Origin: Candidatus Latescibacterota bacterium
GTDB taxonomy: Bacteria > Latescibacterota > UBA2968
Reading direction: 5' to 3'
Assembly: GCA_965204375.1 (NCBI GenBank)
Contig: OZ241986.1
Location: forward strand, 2,016,001-2,080,000
Length of the DNA: 64,000 bases
The notes under the pieces were generated by a model that made no database searches, had not been told where the DNA came from, and was given only the letters and a program-made list of their open reading frames with translations. How positions within the stretch are numbered: position 1 is the first letter of the stretch; each line of letters opens with the position of its first letter. The translations under genes were made by a program, and so were the position numbers. This document shows positions 57,503 to 64,000 of this stretch, piece after piece.

Positions 57503-58534
57503 CTATTCCCACAAGTCATCATCAAACCACACCCCAAAACCCGGTCCCTCACCTAGTGCCATTTTGCCATCCATCACTTGCGGTTGATCGCGCACCCACG
57601 TCATCCAGGGGCGTCCACTTTCAGCCAGTGGATCGGGATCGAGTGCGACAATCGCGTGCAGCGCCCACACCTCCCCCCCGCGATGTGGACACACCTCGAC
57701 ATCGTAATTCTTTGCCAACGCGTAAATTTTCACCAACTCTGTCAACCCACCACACCAGCAAACATCGGGTTGATAAATAGCGTGTAACCCCCTTTGCATC
57801 AGCACCTCAAATCCACCCGCCGTATATTCGTGCTCACCACTCGCAATGGGAATGGGGCTCTCGCGCATCAACCGCTCATAGCCATCAAAATCCTCCGGTA
57901 AAAGCGGCTCTTCCAACCAGTCCAAATTGAACTCAGCCAACCGATCCGCAGCGCGCAACGTACCTTCCACATCCCACGACATTGACGCATCGCACATCAA
58001 CTGAATATCGGCACCTACGGCTGCTCGCACATCCGCAAAAAAATCGGCTATGGCATCCAATTCACTGTGGGGATTCATGCCGCCAATGCCAAATTTTAAA
58101 GCCTTATAGCCCAGAGCGAGTGCGCCCTCAAGATCATCCCGCGACCACCCCGTGCGATACGACGGCACTGCCATTCGCGTTCCCCCCAGCACCTCGACAA
58201 GTGGTTTATTCGCCCGCTTGCCCCGCAAATCCCACAATGCCAAATCTGCGCCACTAATCGCCATCATCGCAATGCCCTTGCGCCCATAAGCTGCAGTATG
58301 GCGATACATCGCATCCCACAATCCCTCGACATCCCCGGCATTCGCGCCGATCAAAACCTCGCGCAACACCGTCTGAACCACGTGAATACCCGCCGCACCA
58401 CCCCCGCCAACGCCGTATCCCGACAACCCATCATCCGTATCAATCCGCACCAGAATCTGTCCAATCGTTCCGCGCCAACCAGCAGGTGCGCGATCTGCAT
58501 CGGGCTGTACTGCGCGAACATGTGTAATGATCAT
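57503..58534 (-). CDS. Mandelate racemase/muconate lactonizing enzyme family protein
   Basis: AISGADLALWDL, KALKF, LMCDA, WLEEP, ASGEH and YQPDV. Confidence 0.93.
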   Translation of the reverse strand: MIITHVRAVQPDADRAPAGWRGTIGQILVRIDTDDGLSGYGVGGGGAAGIHVVQTVLREVLIGANAGDVEGLWDAMYRHTAAYGRKGIAMMAISGADLALWDLRGKRANKPLVEVLGGTRMAVPSYRTGWSRDDLEGALALGYKALKFGIGGMNPHSELDAIADFFADVRAAVGADIQLMCDASMSWDVEGTLRAADRLAEFNLDWLEEPLLPEDFDGYERLMRESPIPIASGEHEYTAGGFEVLMQRGLHAIYQPDVCWCGGLTELVKIYALAKNYDVEVCPHRGGEVWALHAIVALDPDPLAESGRPWMTWVRDQPQVMDGKMALGEGPGFGVWFDDDLWE

Positions 58535-58643
58535 ATGCGATCTCCTATTGTAAAAAATTTATTACCCTGCTTCTTGATATGAAACCCGGTTCAGGGTATA
58601 TTTACTGCAAAAAACTTACCTGCAAAATTTCCGGAGAAATATA

Positions 58644-59384
58644 ATGGACAAAACAATCAGACGCACGCCTGATGGAAAGCCCGAAAGGCGTACGCCCGAT
58701 GAAATGCTACGCGATGCCGTGTCAGATGATACCGATATTCCCGGCAAAGGCAAGCCACTCGACTTAAAAGCGTATTTCCGCCCCGATGCGGAACATCGCA
58801 TGGCGGGCAAAATCCTGCGCGACAACAACGTGCTACCCGCACACCTCCAGGAACGCAAAGACGCAGAAGAATACCTTAAAAATGCCGAAGAGCATCTGCA
58901 ACGCGCAACCGAAAAAATCGCGCCATTGCAAAAAGCAATACGCCCCCTCGCGCAAACACTCATCCGCACATTTTCCGACGACAAAGAAATGTGCAAAGCA
59001 CTCGGTCTGAATGCACTACCAGAAAAATTTCATCCCAATTCGGAAACACCACTCGCGTCTGATCTCCTTGAGACCATCAGCACCTTTGACCAATTGTGCA
59101 AACAATACAATGCACAGGTGCGCGATCTGACATACCGATACCTCGAAAACCTGCGCCTCGCGCACGAAAATATCGAAGCCAGCAAAAAACGGCAACTCGT
59201 CAACCGCTCGCTTTTGCCAGCTTATGCACCCATTGCCAAAGTCGATATCGAAGCGCAGAGAGAATACATACAAAAGCGATTCCCCCTCCTGCCCGAACGC
59301 CCACGCGACTGGCAATCGCGTCTCAAAACCTGGCAGCGGTCTCAACGACCATCCCTCTGGCAGCGCATGTTTAAATCCGCTTAA
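58644..59384 (+). CDS. DUF1992 (DnaJ-family-associated) domain protein
   Basis: IPGKGKPLDL..RMAGKILRDNNVLP. Confidence 0.75.
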   Translation: MDKTIRRTPDGKPERRTPDEMLRDAVSDDTDIPGKGKPLDLKAYFRPDAEHRMAGKILRDNNVLPAHLQERKDAEEYLKNAEEHLQRATEKIAPLQKAIRPLAQTLIRTFSDDKEMCKALGLNALPEKFHPNSETPLASDLLETISTFDQLCKQYNAQVRDLTYRYLENLRLAHENIEASKKRQLVNRSLLPAYAPIAKVDIEAQREYIQKRFPLLPERPRDWQSRLKTWQRSQRPSLWQRMFKSA

Positions 59385-59442
59385 CCATCTCTTCTCCAGT
59401 TGTAATCATCTGACGGGCAGACACCGACGCACTGCCCTCCTT

Positions 59443-59487
59443 TTCATCTGCATCTATCTGCGTCTATCTGCGTCCATCTGCGGATAC
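59443..59487 (+). repeat. Short tandem 10-bp repeat, copy D
   Basis: TTCATCTGCATCTATCTGCGTCTATCTGCGTCCATCTGCGGATAC. Confidence 0.85.
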
Positions 59488-59574
59488 CACTTCTGTCTTG
59501 TCTTGACGCATTTGCCAAATTTCAGTAACTTATAAGTAAGTAAGCACTTTCTTTCTTTTATCAGGAGTCGATCT

Positions 59575-61872
59575 GTGGCAAACGCTTCCGAGATAAATCT
59601 TCTGGAAATCCCTCCGCAGCACATTTTAGATGGCCTTATCCCATCGCACGAAACGGTTCAAGTATCGGCCAGTACCGACATCCGTCTCGATGGCACGTAT
59701 GGAATCGCTTATCTCCTCGCCACAGACAAACACCTGTTTGCAATTAGCCCCAACGGCGATTCGACGCCACACACAGAGCGTATCCCACTTTCAGAAATTA
59801 CCAATCTCGAAGTCAAAGACCTGTTTGGCAACAGCTTACTCAAAGTCCGCACCGCAACCACAGGTGCCACACTCGCGCGATTTACCAAAGGCCAGAACCA
59901 AAAATTCAATCGGATAACGCACCGACTTGAAGCCCTTGTAAAAGACGCGCGCAAAACCGAAGAAAAAATCGCAAAAGGCCAACTTGGGCGTGCGATTTCG
60001 GGCAGACGGTGTGACGTCTGCGGCACAATCATTTCCCGCAGAGTAGGGGTCTGCACCAACTGTCTCGACACCCGCAGACTGCTGTATCGCTTGCTCGCCT
60101 ATGCGCGTCCCTTCTGGAAACTCGGAACCCTGAGCCTTGCCCTGCTCCTCACCTCGACCTTTATTAGCCTTACCCCACCGCTTTTGATGCGCGACCTCAT
60201 CGACGGCGTACTCGCACCTTCTGCAAATTATGAAACGACCTTCTTCCGCGACATCACAAACAGTATATTTGGGATACCAACCGGATACCAAATTCTCTAT
60301 TTCCTCGTGGGCCTGCTCCTGCTGATCAACCTCTCGCAATCGGGCCTTCGCGCCATACGCTCGTATATCCTATCCGTTCTTGGACAGAAAATCACCTATA
60401 ACCTCAGAAATGAGGTCTATCAGCACCTCCACCGCCATTCTCTCAGCTTCTACAACGAACGCGAAACCGGCACCATTATGGCCAGCATCACCCAGGATGT
60501 GGGGCGCCTGCAAGATTTTATCAGCGATGGCCTGCAAGAAATCATCCGCGACATCGTTACCATCGCCTTTATATGCATCATCCTCTTTACGATGAATATC
60601 AAACTCGCCACCCTCGTTTTAATCCCCACGCCCCTTCTGATTATTGCAACCCTCAAATTTGGTCACCGCCTGCATCGAACCTATCGCGGCCTGTTTCGGC
60701 GTTGGGCTGCCATCAGCGCACTCCTTGCCGACACCATTCCCGGTGTGCGCGTGGTCAAAGCCTTTGCACAGGAAAACCGCGAAGTGGGTAAATTTCAGAC
60801 GCGCAGCGAAGACCTCCTAAAGGGCGAAATCAAAATTGCGGGCATTCGCAGCATCTTCAGTCCCGTCATGGCTTTTATTACATCTATCGGAACGCTGATT
60901 ATATGGCTCGTGGGAGGCACCTCGGTTCTCGACGGCGCATTGACCCTGGGCAACTTTGTGGCATTTACGCAGTACATGTGGCGTTTTTACGGCCCGGTTG
61001 AAAGCCTCTGCCGCCTCAACCATCGCTTCCAGCGAGCCGCATCTTCTGCCGAACGCGTCTTTGAAGTGCTCGACACGCAACCCGACGTAACCGACAGGCG
61101 CTCTGCATACGCCATGCCCGCCATTGAAGGGCGCATCCAATTTGACGACGTGACATTTTCTTACGAAATTGGCAAACCCGTTCTCAAAAATCTCAATTTT
61201 ACCGTTGAACCCGGCGAAATGATCGGCCTTGCCGGGCATTCTGGCGCGGGTAAAAGCACCCTGATCAACCTGATTTGCAGATTTTACGATATCGAAGAAG
61301 GCGCGATTTTAATCGACGGACGCGATATCCGCGATGTCTCCCTCAAATCCCTGCGCGATCAGATCGGCGTCGTTCTGCAAGACCCCTTTCTCTTCAATGG
61401 ACCCATAGCCGAAAACATCGCCTATGGCAAACCCGATGCATCACTCGATGAAATCGTCGCAGCCGCCAAAACAGCCAATGCTCACGAATTTATCCTCCGC
61501 CTGCCCGATAGCTACGACACACCCGTAGGCGAACGCGGCGTTCGGCTCTCAGGCGGCGAAAGGCAGCGCATCTCCATTGCGCGTGCGATCCTGCGAAACC
61601 CGCGCATTCTAATTCTCGATGAAGCCACCTCCAGCATGGATACCGAGACAGAATCACAGATCCAGGAAGCCCTTTACAGACTCGTGCAAGGACGCACGAC
61701 CTTTGCCATTGCCCATCGCCTCTCCACGCTCAAACACGCAGACCGCCTCTTTATCATCGAAAATGGCGAACTCGCCGAGATGGGATCACACGCCGAACTC
61801 ATCGCCTACGATGGCATTTACGCACGCCTTTGCCGCATGCAAACCGAACTGTCCAAACTCCGCGCGTGGTAG
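59575..61872 (+). CDS. ABC exporter with an N-terminal extension (PH-like + CxxC/CxxC)
   Basis: About 165-aa extension ending CDVC..CTNC; TMD; GHSGAGKST, LSGGERQR and ILDEATSS. Confidence 0.93.
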   Translation: MANASEINLLEIPPQHILDGLIPSHETVQVSASTDIRLDGTYGIAYLLATDKHLFAISPNGDSTPHTERIPLSEITNLEVKDLFGNSLLKVRTATTGATLARFTKGQNQKFNRITHRLEALVKDARKTEEKIAKGQLGRAISGRRCDVCGTIISRRVGVCTNCLDTRRLLYRLLAYARPFWKLGTLSLALLLTSTFISLTPPLLMRDLIDGVLAPSANYETTFFRDITNSIFGIPTGYQILYFLVGLLLLINLSQSGLRAIRSYILSVLGQKITYNLRNEVYQHLHRHSLSFYNERETGTIMASITQDVGRLQDFISDGLQEIIRDIVTIAFICIILFTMNIKLATLVLIPTPLLIIATLKFGHRLHRTYRGLFRRWAAISALLADTIPGVRVVKAFAQENREVGKFQTRSEDLLKGEIKIAGIRSIFSPVMAFITSIGTLIIWLVGGTSVLDGALTLGNFVAFTQYMWRFYGPVESLCRLNHRFQRAASSAERVFEVLDTQPDVTDRRSAYAMPAIEGRIQFDDVTFSYEIGKPVLKNLNFTVEPGEMIGLAGHSGAGKSTLINLICRFYDIEEGAILIDGRDIRDVSLKSLRDQIGVVLQDPFLFNGPIAENIAYGKPDASLDEIVAAAKTANAHEFILRLPDSYDTPVGERGVRLSGGERQRISIARAILRNPRILILDEATSSMDTETESQIQEALYRLVQGRTTFAIAHRLSTLKHADRLFIIENGELAEMGSHAELIAYDGIYARLCRMQTELSKLRAW

Positions 61873-61889
61873 CGAATAAAGGTATATAA

Positions 61890-62399
61890 ATGTCTTCACT
61901 CCCCAATCTAACCGGCGACCTCTCTTTACTCTCGCCCCGCGACATTCGCCTGTATCTCGACGACTTTGACGATCTCACACTCGACCTGCGCGGTGAAATC
62001 CACAAGAGAATTGGTGTCCAGCGCGCTTTCCCGCTCAATGCGTCCACTAAATTCATCGTGCTCCACGATTCAGACGGCGACGAAATTGGCATTGTACGCG
62101 ACATGGCCGATCTCGACCCAGACAGCCGAGATGCATTGGAAATAGCACTCGAACAGGCATATTTTATGCCTCGCATTCTCAAAATAAATAGCATTGTTTC
62201 CAATTTTCATGTACCCACATGGGATGTGGAAACGGATCGCGGGCACCGCGTATTTGAAGTCCCCAGCAGCAAGCGCGACGTGCGCGTAATTGACGACGTG
62301 CGCGTGATCCTGCGAGACGCCGATGGCAACCGCTACGAGATCGTCGATTACCGCCGCCTCGACCCCGACAGCATTACATTTGTGGAAACCATTGTTTGA
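61890..62399 (+). CDS. DUF1854 domain protein
   Basis: RAFPL, DGDEIG, YFMPRI, WDVETDRG and DADGNRYEI. Confidence 0.85.
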   Translation: MSSLPNLTGDLSLLSPRDIRLYLDDFDDLTLDLRGEIHKRIGVQRAFPLNASTKFIVLHDSDGDEIGIVRDMADLDPDSRDALEIALEQAYFMPRILKINSIVSNFHVPTWDVETDRGHRVFEVPSSKRDVRVIDDVRVILRDADGNRYEIVDYRRLDPDSITFVETIV

Positions 62400-62483
62400 A
62401 ACCTGTATCTGGGGAACAATCTCTCCCCTATTTTCGTCAAAACCGAAATGAATTGACGCGTTTATTCGCAGAAAGGAGGAGGC

Positions 62484-64000
62484 ATGAAACTCAGTGAATT
62501 TGCCATTAATAAACCCATCAGCACCATTATGATTGTGCTCAGTATTATGATGATGGGTTTTATTTCCCTATTCAGGCTGCCGCTCGAATACCTGCCCAGC
62601 CTGACATTTCCGCGCATCTTTGTTTCCGTCAATTACCCCTCCTCTTCTCCGGAAGAAATTGAGCGGTTCATCACGCGTCCCATCGAAGAAATCCTCGGCA
62701 CGCTATCTGGCGTTGAAAGCATCAGTTCCTCATCGAGTGGATCCAGTGCGCGCGTCGGCATGGAATTTGCGATGGATGCCGATATGGACATCATCAGTGT
62801 TCACATCCGCGACCGCCTCGATCAAGTTCGCGCCGACCTGCCCGCCGATGTCGATCGCATCGATATTCGCAGCTTCGACACCGAAGACTTTCCCGTTCTC
62901 GAATACTCCCTCACCTGGCTTGGCGAAAACAACCAGGAACTCGTCAATGTGTACAATCAGCTAATCCTGCCCAGAGTCCAGCGTCTCGAGGGCGTTGCCA
63001 ATGTCGTGCTCGAAGGTTTGCGGGAAAAAGACCTCCTCATCGAAGTCGATCAAAAAGCCATGGCAGCCTATAAACTGGACTTCCGCACCATCAATCGCGC
63101 CCTGAATAGCAACAATATTAATGTCTCCGCAGGGTATGTCACTGAAGGCAGCAAACGCCTCGCCGTTCGCAGCATAGGCGAGTTTGAAACAGTTGATCAA
63201 ATTCGCGATCTGCCCATTCGCCCCAATCTCACTCTTGACGACATTGCCAATGTCACATACGATTATCCCGAATCCCGCAGCTTTGAACGCCTCGATGGAC
63301 GCCCTTCGCTGAACCTTGAGGTCCAGAAAGCCTCAACGGCCAACATGGTCGATGTATGCAAACTCGTGCGTGACGAACTCGCCCTCATCCATGAAGAAGT
63401 CGGCAAAGACAAGCTCCGAATGCACATGGTGCGAGATCGATCCATCGACGTGACAAATAGTATCACGAGCCTCAGCCAATCTGCTATTCTGGGTGGTCTG
63501 CTGGCAGTCATCGCCATCTTTATTTTTCTTCGCAACTTCCGCAGCACGCTCATCATCGGATCTGCTATTCCCATCAGTGTACTCACCGTATTCCTGATCA
63601 TGTATTTCATGCGCCAATCCGGATCGAACATCACCCTCAATCTCATTTCCATGATGGGTCTGATGGTTGCCATAGGTATGCTCGTCGATCCCGCAGTCGT
63701 AGCCCTTGAAAATATCTTTCGCAAACGGTTTGAAGAAGGACAAGATGCCAGACATGCCGCGCTCGAGGGCAGCGATGAAATCGGGCTTCCAGTCCTCGCC
63801 GCATCACTCACGACCATTTGCGTATTCATCCCTGTCATTTTTGTCACCGATTCGCGCACCTCGCTCTTCATGCGCGACTTTGCCGTTACCGTGATCATAG
63901 CTGTTATTGCCTCCTTTTGTATCGCGCTCTCACTTATCCCACTGGCAGCCTCTCGCGCATTCAAGCACGATGGGCAACTCCTCGATCGCATTCTCAAGAG
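62484..64000 (+). CDS. RND efflux transporter permease (AcrB family), runs off window end
   Basis: Not in the ORF track; from ATG 62484 reads MKLSEFAINKPISTIMIVLSIMMMGFISLFRLPLEYLP..YPSSSPEEIERFITRPIEE; RBS AGGAGG. Confidence 0.93.
   Translation, partial: MKLSEFAINKPISTIMIVLSIMMMGFISLFRLPLEYLPSLTFPRIFVSVNYPSSSPEEIERFITRPIEEILGTLSGVESISSSSSGSSARVGMEFAMDADMDIISVHIRDRLDQVRADLPADVDRIDIRSFDTEDFPVLEYSLTWLGENNQELVNVYNQLILPRVQRLEGVANVVLEGLREKDLLIEVDQKAMAAYKLDFRTINRALNSNNINVSAGYVTEGSKRLAVRSIGEFETVDQIRDLPIRPNLTLDDIANVTYDYPESRSFERLDGRPSLNLEVQKASTANMVDVCKLVRDELALIHEEVGKDKLRMHMVRDRSIDVTNSITSLSQSAILGGLLAVIAIFIFLRNFRSTLIIGSAIPISVLTVFLIMYFMRQSGSNITLNLISMMGLMVAIGMLVDPAVVALENIFRKRFEEGQDARHAALEGSDEIGLPVLAASLTTICVFIPVIFVTDSRTSLFMRDFAVTVIIAVIASFCIALSLIPLAASRAFKHDGQLLDRILK

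Noticed and set aside
63263-63997. Long antisense or alternate-frame ORFs in the track (e.g. 63263-63997, 28838-29608, 46269-46979, 55799-56434)
   Set aside because: They are shadows of well-supported genes on the opposite strand and have no recognisable motifs.

Overview
A bacterial chromosomal segment of moderate GC content. The C-terminal dockerin/EF-hand-like tag and the sulfatases suggest a Latescibacterota/Gemmatimonadota-like organism, but this is inference only. The first 31 kb is mostly housekeeping and metabolic: ABC exporters, an rnhB-YraN fusion, hisS, aspS, a LysM protein, phoH, a frameshifted 7TM-HD phosphodiesterase, ybeY, a CBS/CorC protein, three tRNAs, nrdR, a tetraheme cytochrome c, TetR/HD/M23 genes, a propeller-YjgN fusion with an M48 protease, and two sulfatases. 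Positions 31.4-43.8 kb hold a Type I restriction-modification locus (half-hsdS, hsdM, hsdS, hsdR, YgjP-like peptidase) interleaved with toxin-antitoxin genes, gene remnants and extra nucleases. The most notable structure is there: the 3' end of hsdS occurs three times as a direct repeat (identical 19-bp core GCGGATTGATGCAGAAATT), each copy followed by a different cargo gene (HicB, an Mrr-like nuclease, and an Mrr-like/AAA_14/DUF4143 fusion). This resembles an integrase-less cassette array that uses the hsdS tail as its recombination site. The rest contains a Fic gene with a duplicated upstream region, a sugar ABC operon interrupted by a secreted metalloprotease, further TA-like pairs, an ABC-DUF1854 pair and the start of an RND pump. 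Two families of short intergenic repeats are dispersed through the window. No CRISPR array, transposase or integrase was seen. All family assignments come from motif recognition, not database searches.
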